A stretch of 64,000 nucleotides of DNA from assembly GCA_016931115.1 (NCBI GenBank), contig JAFGFM010000149.1, positions 5,050 through 69,049 of the forward strand, in the 5' to 3' direction. Positions 36,571-45,494 of this stretch are shown here, in pieces. The notes under the pieces are model-generated. The model saw nothing but the letters and a program-made list of their open reading frames with translations. It was not told the DNA's origin and searched no databases. Each line of letters starts with the position of its first letter. Positions within the stretch are counted from its first letter, which is position 1. The DNA is from Deltaproteobacteria bacterium. Lineage in GTDB: Bacteria; Desulfobacterota; DSM-4660; Desulfatiglandales; HGW-15. The translations under genes and the position numbers were made by a program.

Positions 36571-37110
36571 ATGCATACAGAAAACAGAGTAACAAAGGCG
36601 AATAAACTAAAAATCAAAAAACCGAAAGGCTATTTTTGCTTTGCATGCGGGACAGCAAACCCCATAGGGCTGAACCTGGAATTTTATGTTTCACATGATA
36701 AGGTTAATACAGAAATCACATTAAACAGGTATCATGCAGGATGGTTTGATATTGTCCACGGGGGCATCATCTCTACAATCCTTGATGAGGTGATGTCATG
36801 GACCATCCTCTATTTTAGAAGATGTTTTTTTGTTACCAGAAAGCTTGAGATAAAGTATATAAAACCGGTTAAGACAGGTGTGCCTCTTATTGCAAGTGGA
36901 AGCATGCCAGCATGCTGTGACGATGAAAAAATAGTCAGGGTTGCAGGTGAACTGAGGGATAATCATAATTCCATGCTTGCAAAGGCCAGAGGGGAATTTA
37001 TTATAATCCGGCGGGAGGATATACAACCCGGGTTTAAAGAATCAGAAAAGGAGATTTTTTCCTTTATAGATGAGTTGGAAAAATCAGAGAAAATAGTAAT
37101 TAGTGATTAG
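36571..37110 (+). CDS. PaaI/hotdog-fold thioesterase with N-terminal zinc-ribbon
   Basis: CFACGTANPIGL followed by HGGIISTILDEVM. Confidence 0.75.
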   Translation: MHTENRVTKANKLKIKKPKGYFCFACGTANPIGLNLEFYVSHDKVNTEITLNRYHAGWFDIVHGGIISTILDEVMSWTILYFRRCFFVTRKLEIKYIKPVKTGVPLIASGSMPACCDDEKIVRVAGELRDNHNSMLAKARGEFIIIRREDIQPGFKESEKEIFSFIDELEKSEKIVISD

Positions 37111-37186
37111 GAAATAGGAAATAGGAAAGAGGGAAGAGAAAAGAGAAAGAGCTTTTTCTATATTCTATCTCCTGTTTCCTCTTTAC
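37110..37186. repeat. Polypurine heptad array followed by its polypyrimidine inverted counterpart
   Basis: GGAAATA GGAAATA GGAAAGA GGGAAGA GAAAAGA GAAAGAG, then CTTTTTC TATATTC TATCTCC TGTTTCC TCTTTAC, all in one phase. Starts at the last base of the TAG stop. Confidence 0.8.
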
Positions 37187-37209
37187 TTTAAATCGAATTG
37201 GAGGACAAG

Positions 37210-37839
37210 ATGGATATTGAACAGATAAAAGTAGGTTTTATGGATGTGTTCTGCTACCTGGTATCATGCCCCAGGACAAAAGAGGCCCTTGCAATAGACC
37301 CTGCTGGGGATGAGGATTTTGTTTTTCAGAGAATAACAGAAAAGGGGTTAACCCTGAAGTATATAGTCAACACCCATGGTCACGCTGATCATACAGGCGG
37401 CAATGGCCGGATCAAGGAGCTTACCGGGGCACAGATAATAATGCATGAAGTGGATAATGAATTTTTCAGTTTGCCAGAGTGGCGTGATCATGCACTCCAG
37501 ATGGGTTTTGCCCCATCGCCTCCTGCTGACATATGTGTGAAGGATAATGATTTTATAGAGGTCGGCGATGTTAAACTAAAGGTTATCAATACCCCCGGCC
37601 ATACACCGGGCGGCATGTGTTTATATGGGGATGGCAATCTTTTTACTGGCGATACGCTGTTTGTCGGCGCTATCGGCAGAACCGACTTTCCAGGGGGTGA
37701 TTATAATACCTTTATGAACTCAATAAAAAACAGGCTGATGATACTCCCGGATGAAACAATCGTCTGGCCCGGGCATGACTATGGCATCTCCCCTTCATCC
37801 ACAATCGGGCGCGAAAAGATGACCAACCCGTTCCTCTAG
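37210..37839 (+). CDS. MBL-fold hydrolase, hydroxyacylglutathione-hydrolase (GloB)-like
   Basis: THGHADHTGG ... PGHTPG ... GDTLF. ATG 37210 is preferred to track TTG 37198. Confidence 0.8.
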   Translation: MDIEQIKVGFMDVFCYLVSCPRTKEALAIDPAGDEDFVFQRITEKGLTLKYIVNTHGHADHTGGNGRIKELTGAQIIMHEVDNEFFSLPEWRDHALQMGFAPSPPADICVKDNDFIEVGDVKLKVINTPGHTPGGMCLYGDGNLFTGDTLFVGAIGRTDFPGGDYNTFMNSIKNRLMILPDETIVWPGHDYGISPSSTIGREKMTNPFL

Positions 37840-37853
37840 TGCTTTTCAGGTGA

Positions 37854-39092
37854 ATGATGGTATTTAGTATGGCCCGGTTATCTTTTATAAATATTTATGG
37901 TTTGATATTTATTATCCTCCTTTTCCCCGGGCTTATCCTCCCTGCCTTTGCTGATGAGTCCTATAAGGAAAAGATAAACAGGCTGATAGAGAATGGCAGT
38001 TATGCCGCCACAAAAAATGGTCTGTATATTTTTTCCCATAACACTGATGCCAGTTTTATACCGGCAAGCATATGGAAGCTTGCAACAACCCTTGCAGCCC
38101 TTGAAACCCTTGGGCGAGATTACCATTTTAAAACCGAATTTTATCAGGATAAAGGCCATAACCTCTATATAAAGGGATATGGAGACCCGTCACTTATCTC
38201 TGAGGAGATCGATATAATCTTTAAGGCACTTAAAGAAAAAGGTGTGTCGAAGATAAACAATATCTATCTTGATAACAGCCGGTTTAAAATTCCACAGGTA
38301 ACACCCGGGGTGAGTAAAAGCTTTAATCCCTATGATGTAATAAACAGCGCACTTGCTGTAAATTTTAATACGGTCTATTTTAAGGTTGATAAAAATGGAT
38401 CAATAAGTTCAGCAGAGATACAGACCCCCACACTTTCGATCATGAAAGAGATGGGCAGGGGGTTTAAGAGTGGTAAACACCGGATCAACATATCCAAATC
38501 CCCTGAAAATATATCAAGGTATACAGGCGAACTATTCAGGGCTATTCAGGAAAGAAACGGGATTACTGGAAAAGGGATTGCCACAGAAATGACAGTGCCG
38601 GCAGACCTTTCGCCTCTGTATGTGCACTACTCCTCAAAGGCACTTTATGAGGTTATTCGGGAAATGCTGTTATATTCCAGTAATTATACTGCCAACCAGA
38701 TATACCTTACGCTTGGAGCGACGGCATATGGTTATCCGGCTTCATGGGAAAAATCCCATAGATTCATGAGGGAATATCTTGATAAGAATTTTCCTGTTTC
38801 ATCAAAGGAGATGATCTTTGATGAGGGGTCAGGTATTTCAAGAAACAACCTCATAACCGCACGGGCCATGGTTGATATACTGGAAAAGATAAGGCCTTAT
38901 GCTGAACTGCTCCCACTGGAAAAAGGCAGGTATATAAAATCAGGGACCTTGAATGGCGTTTACACCTATGCAGGGTATTTTCAAAACAAAGGGAAGCTTG
39001 ACAGTTTTGTGATCATCCTTAATCAGAAAATGAATAACCGTGACAGGATACTTGATCTGATGGAAAAATGGTATAGAGGATTTTCCAAATAG
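37854..39092 (+). CDS. dacB: D-alanyl-D-alanine carboxypeptidase/endopeptidase (PBP4, peptidase S13)
   Basis: Signal peptide, then SIWK (SxxK), SSN (SxN) and KSG (KTG-like) motifs in the correct order. Confidence 0.8.
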   Translation: MMVFSMARLSFINIYGLIFIILLFPGLILPAFADESYKEKINRLIENGSYAATKNGLYIFSHNTDASFIPASIWKLATTLAALETLGRDYHFKTEFYQDKGHNLYIKGYGDPSLISEEIDIIFKALKEKGVSKINNIYLDNSRFKIPQVTPGVSKSFNPYDVINSALAVNFNTVYFKVDKNGSISSAEIQTPTLSIMKEMGRGFKSGKHRINISKSPENISRYTGELFRAIQERNGITGKGIATEMTVPADLSPLYVHYSSKALYEVIREMLLYSSNYTANQIYLTLGATAYGYPASWEKSHRFMREYLDKNFPVSSKEMIFDEGSGISRNNLITARAMVDILEKIRPYAELLPLEKGRYIKSGTLNGVYTYAGYFQNKGKLDSFVIILNQKMNNRDRILDLMEKWYRGFSK

Positions 39093-39125
39093 TGTTCAAA
39101 TATAAATTGTTGTTTTTGTTTGAAA

Positions 39126-39160
39126 GCGGTCAGCCTTTACCATTCAGCGTTCAGCAAAAT
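39126..39160 (+). repeat. Heptad array, GCNNNCA subfamily
   Basis: GCGGTCA GCCTTTA CCATTCA GCGTTCA GCAAAAT, preceded by GTTTGAAA. Confidence 0.7.
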
Positions 39161-39290
39161 GTATCCACAAAGAGTTGGCTGACATATGAAGTAAACTTTA
39201 GAAGATAAGACAGAGGATGTTTTTCCCCCGACGAAGGGCGGGGTTTTTGTCCCGCCAAAGCTTTAGTGACAGCAAATTATACCCCAGCTC

Positions 39291-39318
39291 GTAGAGAAAA
39301 GGTATGCCTTGTCTCTAC
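39291..39318. repeat. Degenerate copy of the GTAGAGACAAGGCA|TGCCTTGTCTCTAC palindromic element
   Basis: GTAGAGAAAAGGTATGCCTTGTCTCTAC (2 arm mismatches). Flanked by two more hairpins: GGCGGG/CCCGCC at 39238..39256 and GGTCAGGAT/ATCCTGACC at 39328..39348. Confidence 0.7.
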
Positions 39319-39371
39319 ACAATTGCCGGTCAGGATTAAATCCTGACCCACGAAAACCAAAGAACTTATAA

Positions 39372-40109
39372 TTAATCTGCCTTTACTATCATGTCGCCAA
39401 AACCTGCTGCTATCCTTTGCCCAGGTTTAAGATAAAGATAATCCGCATCAGGCCACTCCCCATCCATAAGCCCTTTTATCAAACGGGCATCCCCTTTTAT
39501 CTTTTCAAAACGCCACCCCTTTTTTAATGCCTCATTATGGGCAAACTCTTCTGCCTTTTTATCTTCAATAATCCCCTGTTCTATAAAGACAATACGCTCG
39601 TAGTGTTTTGTCATGTCACTCATAGAGGCAATTATTCTATCTGCCCTTTCTTTGCCCATGCGTTTAACCATGGCCTCATATGCCTCTTCATCATAGAGTG
39701 TTGCGGTATCTGCCCCCATGCCGGGTGATTCTGTAACATTTTGAAGTCTATCCATATAGTCTTTTGTATACCATATGGTGCCGGGGCAGCTTCTCTGCTG
39801 CTCTTTGTATTCCTGCTTTGAACCCAGGTAGAGGGTTATGCAGTCATGGGCACGTGGTATAATGATCGGGCTATTACGGCAAACAAGCCCTGCTGTAGCC
39901 TTCCCGCAAAGCCCGTAACACATGAGGATTGCGTTATATTTGCCATCGCTTACGCTGTCTATCTTTTCCTGAAGGGTCTTGTTCAGCTCCTTTGGTTTTA
40001 TGTGCTGGCCCATTGATACAAGCTCAATATCAATCAGGTGAGGGGATTGGGCCGCACAATAATAGGCATATCTTGCAAGGGCATCACAGCAAATACATTT
40101 AAGTTTCAT
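39372..40109 (-). CDS. DUF1638 domain protein
   Basis: 245 aa. N-terminal Cys-rich KCICCDAL and overall resemblance to DUF1638 proteins of anaerobes. AAGGAG SD. Confidence 0.55.
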   Translation of the reverse strand: MKLKCICCDALARYAYYCAAQSPHLIDIELVSMGQHIKPKELNKTLQEKIDSVSDGKYNAILMCYGLCGKATAGLVCRNSPIIIPRAHDCITLYLGSKQEYKEQQRSCPGTIWYTKDYMDRLQNVTESPGMGADTATLYDEEAYEAMVKRMGKERADRIIASMSDMTKHYERIVFIEQGIIEDKKAEEFAHNEALKKGWRFEKIKGDARLIKGLMDGEWPDADYLYLKPGQRIAAGFGDMIVKAD

Positions 40110-40412
40110 TTTAACTCCTTGGGAACGGCTTAGTAATCCATCTCGTTAATTCAGTGTCATTTGGAAAATAATCGTTGTTGTATATACTCCAGAGTATATT
40201 AAGGTCTGAAAAGAGACTATCATGGAGACTTACCTGAGTCAATTCAGGGCATATGGTTGAGCTAATAGAAAGGGTCTGGCAGATCAAGGCATGGGATATT
40301 TAACTTTATTTTTAGCCCCTCAGGTGCTATATACATAGGTCATGTCCATTTGTGTGAAATAACAAGAGGTTATAGTTTGCTGAATAACTCATTAGTGAGG
40401 AGATATGCCCAG

Positions 40413-42734
40413 ATGAAAGTACTACTCTTACTATTATTATTACAGACAGCAGTAACAGCACAGGAGATCCCTGCATATAAAAACCAGAGCCTTCCTGTTG
40501 AAGACAGGGTGAATGACCTTGTTCCAAGAATGACCCTTGAAGAAAAGGTGGCTCAACTCACTAGTACAATGCCAATGCTGGGATTTGGTTCCGATGCTGC
40601 AACATCATTTATAGATAAGGATGGCAAGATTGTCCCAGAGCGTGCTGTTAAATATTTTAAAAATGGTATCGGCCAGATATCAAGGCCAGGGATGAGGCTC
40701 GGGCCAAAGGAGATGGCCGAGTTTACAAATACTGTGCAGAAGTGGATCATGGAAAACACACGCCTTGGTATACCTGTTATGTTTCATGAGGAGGCCCTTC
40801 ACGGGCTTGCCACCTCAAAGGCTACCTCATTTCCACAGGCCATTGCCCTTGCATCCACATGGAATCCTGATCTGGTCAACAAAGTATTTGCAGCAACCGC
40901 CCTTGAGGTGCGGTCAAGGGGGGCACAGCAGGTGCTCGCACCTGTGCTTGATATAGTTAGAGACCCCAGATGGGGCAGGACAGAGGAGACCTATGGTGAA
41001 GACCCATATCTCGCCTCAAGGATAGGGGTGGCAGCCGTATCAGGCTTTCAGGGAAACTCGGCCTTTATTGGCAAGTCCAATGTTATTGCAACAGGAAAGC
41101 ATTTTGCCGTGCACGGCCAGCCTGAAAATGGCACAAACGTTGGGCCAGCTAACTATTCTGAAAGGGTTATCAGGGAATATTTTCTTAAACCCTTTGAGGC
41201 GGCAGTGAAAGAGGCAAACCTTGAAAGCATCATGCCATCATACAATGAAGTGGACGGCATTCCATCCCATGCGAACATCGGGCTTCTTGATGGTATATTA
41301 CGTCAGGAATGGGGTTTTAAGGGGCACACGGTATCAGATTATTACGGCATTAAGGAGTTAAAAGAAAAACATTTTGTTGCGGCATCAAAGGAGGAGGCAG
41401 CAAGGCAGGCTATTGAGGCGGGTGTGGATATAGAACTCCCCTACACAGAGATGTATGATGTGCTGATCGAGCTGGTAAAAAAAGGAGTGGTATCAGAGGG
41501 TGCAATAGATAAATGTGTGAGAAGGGTGCTGAGGTCAAAATTTATCACAGGCCTTTTTGATGACCCTTTTGTTGACCCTGATTATGCGGAAAAGGTCTAT
41601 AAAGACCCTGCGCATAAGGCCATTGCATTAAAGGCAGCAAGGGAGGCAATAATCCTCTTGAAAAATGACAATAATCTTCTCCCCCTTTCAAGGGATAAAT
41701 ATAAAAGGATTGCTGTAATAGGGCCAAATGCAAAGGGTGTTTACCTTGGGAACTACAGCGGGTTTCCTGAGGGTGGTGTTGATATCATTCAGGGTATAAA
41801 GAACAGGATATCTTCAGGTCAGGAGGTGATATATTCAGAGGGCTGCAAAATTACAGAGACCGATTCAACCGCCTTTACCTTTGAAGACCCGAAACCTGCT
41901 GACCCTGTAAAAAATGCAGAACGCATAAAGGAGGCAGTTAAGGCAGCCAGGAATGCGGATGTGATAATACTTGCACTGGGCGGAAACGAGTTTACATCAA
42001 GGGAGGCATGGATAGGCCACCTTGGCGACAGGGACAGCCTTGAACTTCCAGGTAATCAGAATGACCTGGTAAAGGAGATGCTAAATCTCAATAAGCCTGT
42101 TGTTGTATTCCTTATTCACGGGAGACCAAATTCCATAAACTATATAGCTGAAAATGTGCCTGCCATCCTTGAGGGGTGGTATCTGGGTCAGGAGGGCGGA
42201 AACGCAGTGGCAGATGTCATTTTCGGTGAGTATAACCCTGGTGGTAAACTGCCATTATCTGTCCCCAGGTCTGTTGGACAGTTGCCTGTCTATTACAACC
42301 ATAAGCCCACTGCAAGGCGCGGGTATGTAGATTCAACACCCAAACCCCTCTATCCATTTGGCTGGGGAAAGAGCTATACAACATTCAGGTATGACGGGAT
42401 TAAGCTCTCATCTGATAAGATAGGGCAAATGGGAAACACAAGGGCATCTGTAAACGTTACAAACACCGGTAACCTAAGAGGTGATGAGGTTGTCCAGATG
42501 TATATAAGAGATGAGGTAAGCTCTGTTACACGGCCTGTTAAGGAGCTCAAAGGGTTTAAGCGCATCTCAATTGAACCGGGTGAGACAAAGAGCGTTGAAT
42601 TTGTAATAGGGTCTGAAGAGCTCTCCTTCCTGAATCGTGATATGCACAGGGTTGTGGAGCCGGGAACGTTTAAGATAATGGCAGGGGGAAATTCAGAGGA
42701 ATTGATCGAAACGACACTAAACGTCATTAACTAA
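40413..42734 (+). CDS. bglX: Glycoside hydrolase family 3 beta-glucosidase (BglX-like), secreted
   Basis: GH3 N-domain (RLGIPVMFHEEALHG, KHFAVHG), nucleophile region VSDY, and a C-terminal Fn3-like domain. Signal peptide starts at ATG 40413. Confidence 0.9.
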   Translation: MKVLLLLLLLQTAVTAQEIPAYKNQSLPVEDRVNDLVPRMTLEEKVAQLTSTMPMLGFGSDAATSFIDKDGKIVPERAVKYFKNGIGQISRPGMRLGPKEMAEFTNTVQKWIMENTRLGIPVMFHEEALHGLATSKATSFPQAIALASTWNPDLVNKVFAATALEVRSRGAQQVLAPVLDIVRDPRWGRTEETYGEDPYLASRIGVAAVSGFQGNSAFIGKSNVIATGKHFAVHGQPENGTNVGPANYSERVIREYFLKPFEAAVKEANLESIMPSYNEVDGIPSHANIGLLDGILRQEWGFKGHTVSDYYGIKELKEKHFVAASKEEAARQAIEAGVDIELPYTEMYDVLIELVKKGVVSEGAIDKCVRRVLRSKFITGLFDDPFVDPDYAEKVYKDPAHKAIALKAAREAIILLKNDNNLLPLSRDKYKRIAVIGPNAKGVYLGNYSGFPEGGVDIIQGIKNRISSGQEVIYSEGCKITETDSTAFTFEDPKPADPVKNAERIKEAVKAARNADVIILALGGNEFTSREAWIGHLGDRDSLELPGNQNDLVKEMLNLNKPVVVFLIHGRPNSINYIAENVPAILEGWYLGQEGGNAVADVIFGEYNPGGKLPLSVPRSVGQLPVYYNHKPTARRGYVDSTPKPLYPFGWGKSYTTFRYDGIKLSSDKIGQMGNTRASVNVTNTGNLRGDEVVQMYIRDEVSSVTRPVKELKGFKRISIEPGETKSVEFVIGSEELSFLNRDMHRVVEPGTFKIMAGGNSEELIETTLNVIN

Positions 42735-42751
42735 AAATATGGAGGCAAAAT

Positions 42752-43558
42752 ATGGGTGAACTTGAAAAGATCAACAAATACAGTCTTGAGATAGAGGGCC
42801 TTTTAAGGTTAAAAACACCTCCCATTGGTGTCAAATTCATAAAGAGCGAAGATGAGATCCCTGAACATGCGATTCGGCCCAAAAGGGATAAAGGCATTCA
42901 TCTTGCCCAGTGCCAGGCATTTGCCATGTCCAGGCGCGAGGGTGAAACAGTGGCTATACTCAAAGAAGACCAGTATTGCTGGGCCCCCCTTGTTGCATAC
43001 GGGCTTGCCTCCCCTGATGTTATTGATGCCAGTATGGATGATGCCCCTGATTCCATGAAGGGTATCCTGAAATGGACAAGGGAACTAGCTGATGCGCTTC
43101 CATCGCTACCGACCGGGGAATATATCGGCATCATATCTGCCCCGCTGTCCACAGCGCAGTTTATCCCTGATGTAATATTGATCTATTTTAACAATGGCCA
43201 GTTAAGAAGCGCGCTGATGGCTCTAAAATTCGCACGGGGTGAATACCATGTGGAGTCTGATATTGAGCCCTTTGACTCCTGTGTCTATTCTGTGGTGCCT
43301 GTATTTCTGAATGGAAATTACAGGGTCACCTTCCCTGATCCGGGTGAATATGAAAGGGCGCTCACAGATGAAGACAAGGTCATACTTTCAATGCCTGTTA
43401 AGAGGCTTGATGAATTTATTGATGCCTTGAGGCAGGTAGAGCGCATGGGACAGGGTTACACTGGTTTGAAAAAGTGGATGCAGCCGGATTTTAAACGGCC
43501 TGAATTTTATGAGATCATTTTTAAAAATGCAGGGCTTGATGTGAACAGTAAAATATAA
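42752..43558 (+). CDS. DUF169 domain protein
   Basis: 268 aa. PPIGVKF... and a conserved Cys (AQCQAF, YCWAP) pattern as in DUF169. Starts 17 nt after bglX. Confidence 0.6.
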   Translation: MGELEKINKYSLEIEGLLRLKTPPIGVKFIKSEDEIPEHAIRPKRDKGIHLAQCQAFAMSRREGETVAILKEDQYCWAPLVAYGLASPDVIDASMDDAPDSMKGILKWTRELADALPSLPTGEYIGIISAPLSTAQFIPDVILIYFNNGQLRSALMALKFARGEYHVESDIEPFDSCVYSVVPVFLNGNYRVTFPDPGEYERALTDEDKVILSMPVKRLDEFIDALRQVERMGQGYTGLKKWMQPDFKRPEFYEIIFKNAGLDVNSKI

Positions 43559-43581
43559 AGTTCTTTTAGATTTTGGGGCTG

Positions 43582-43635
43582 ACTGACTGCCTGAACCTGC
43601 AAAAGTATATCAGGTCAGTGTTCAGGCAGGTCAGT
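43582..43635. repeat. 15-bp-stem hairpin made of TCAG/CTGA words
   Basis: ACTGACTGCCTGAAC pairs with GTTCAGGCAGgTCAGT (one bulge), with a 23-nt loop. Word content is related to the TCAGC heptad arrays. Confidence 0.6.
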
Positions 43636-43658
43636 GCCAGTCATATTCCTGATCATTT

Positions 43659-45479
43659 ATGGGGTTCTTCATTAAAAATATATCAATCATATCAGGCGCA
43701 TCTTCGGTCATCTTTCGTGTAATCTTTATTGTAATTTTATTTAGTATAGTTTTTAAATGCAGTTATTGCCTCTGTAAAGAAGAAGCCATCTATAAGGTTG
43801 AGTTTGAAGGGATAAAAAATAATGACATCCTGAAACCTGTGCGCGACCTCTCCCGAACTCTTGAGCTGGCATCAAGGCCCTTCGGTTCAATGAGCATGCT
43901 CAGAAAAAGGGTCAGGGAAGATATAGATCTATTCCAAAGGTTCCTCAAGTCAGAGGGTTACTTCAAGGCTGAGATCAAAGAAAAAATAGATACAGATAAA
44001 AGCCCCTGGCTAGTTATCTTTGATTTTACCCTCAACAGGAGGTTTATCATCGAATCGGCTGATACAATCTTTACTGATGATATTAAAGACGCGATCAAAA
44101 CGGCTGATCTTTCGCAGAGCGGTATTGTATTAAAGCAGCAATACCGATCAAAGGATATCCTTGATGGTGAACATAGACTCCTCCTTCTTTTAAAGAAACT
44201 GGGATTTCCTTATGCGGTTGTGGAAAAAAGAGAGATCGTTGCGGATCATGACACCGAGAAGGTAAAGGTCCATTTTTTAATCAACCAAGGCAGAAGGGCA
44301 AAGTTTGGTAAAACCTCATTCAGCGGGCTAACAGATGTTGATCCGGCATTTCTGATAAAACTGATTCCATGGAAAGAGGGAGATCTATATGACCCGGAAC
44401 TTCTTAAAGCCTATTATTCAGAACTGATGAACCTGGGCCTCTTTTCAATAGTGAGGATCATAGAAACAAAGGGCGACTCAGAAGAGCACCTTCTTGTTCA
44501 GGTAGAGGTTACCGAGCGTAAACACAGCACTGTAAGCGCTGGAGTAAGCTATCATACGGATGAGGGGCCGGGTCTCAAATTTTCATGGGAAAATCGAAAC
44601 CTGTTCAGCCATGGTGAAAAGCTGGGCCTGAATGTGAATCTGTCAGACTATGCAATAGCAGCAGAAGGCACCTTTAGAAAACCGATATTTCTCAGGAGGG
44701 ATCAGTCGCTGCGGTTTTCCATTCAAAAATCCTATGAAGACCCTGACGCATACACCAGCGACAGTTTTTCAGGGTCTCTCTTTATTGACAGGCAAGTGAC
44801 AGCCAAACTGGATACAGGCCTGGGTCTCACATACAAGTGGTCTGAAATAGATCAGCTTGATATTGTTAAGAGTTACTCCCAGATATCTCTACCACTGCAC
44901 CTGGGTCTTGATACCAGTGATGATCTGCTTGACCCTGTGAGAGGCAGCAGGTTTTCAGTCAAGATCACACCTTTTTATGAACTCACCCATGAATCCATGT
45001 TCTTTAATAAAGGGCTCATTAATTACAGGCATTATCTTAAGGTAATGGATGACCCTGTTTCAATACTGGCCGGGAGCATCACATTTGGAATAATCAAGGG
45101 CGCTGGTCATTATGAGATCCCTGCCACTGAAAGGTTTTATGCTGGGGGAGGCGGATCAGTAAGGGGTTATCCATTTCAGTCTGTAGGCCCTTTATCAGGC
45201 ACAACACCGCTTGGAGGAAAGTCTTTGCTGGAGATGTCGCTTGAATCAAGGTGGAGAGTCACAAAAAATCTGGGGCTTGTCCTGTTTCTGGATGGAGGGA
45301 GCGCCTTCTCAGAAAGGCCCTTTGGCAATGGTGAAGAGATCAGGTGGGGAACAGGCATGGGTTTAAGATACTTCACGATTATCGGCCCCTTAAGGCTTGA
45401 TATTGGCATCCCCCTTGATAAAAGAGAGGAGATTGACAACTCCTTTCAGGTCTATATCAGTTTAGGACAGGCATTTTAA
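43659..45479 (+). CDS. tamA: TamA/BamA-family outer-membrane protein (POTRA plus surface-antigen barrel)
   Basis: POTRA-like repeats, C-terminal barrel ending in ...ISLGQAF, and immediately followed by tamB. Confidence 0.8.
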   Translation: MGFFIKNISIISGASSVIFRVIFIVILFSIVFKCSYCLCKEEAIYKVEFEGIKNNDILKPVRDLSRTLELASRPFGSMSMLRKRVREDIDLFQRFLKSEGYFKAEIKEKIDTDKSPWLVIFDFTLNRRFIIESADTIFTDDIKDAIKTADLSQSGIVLKQQYRSKDILDGEHRLLLLLKKLGFPYAVVEKREIVADHDTEKVKVHFLINQGRRAKFGKTSFSGLTDVDPAFLIKLIPWKEGDLYDPELLKAYYSELMNLGLFSIVRIIETKGDSEEHLLVQVEVTERKHSTVSAGVSYHTDEGPGLKFSWENRNLFSHGEKLGLNVNLSDYAIAAEGTFRKPIFLRRDQSLRFSIQKSYEDPDAYTSDSFSGSLFIDRQVTAKLDTGLGLTYKWSEIDQLDIVKSYSQISLPLHLGLDTSDDLLDPVRGSRFSVKITPFYELTHESMFFNKGLINYRHYLKVMDDPVSILAGSITFGIIKGAGHYEIPATERFYAGGGGSVRGYPFQSVGPLSGTTPLGGKSLLEMSLESRWRVTKNLGLVLFLDGGSAFSERPFGNGEEIRWGTGMGLRYFTIIGPLRLDIGIPLDKREEIDNSFQVYISLGQAF

Positions 45480-45494
45480 AAGGATATAGTCAAT

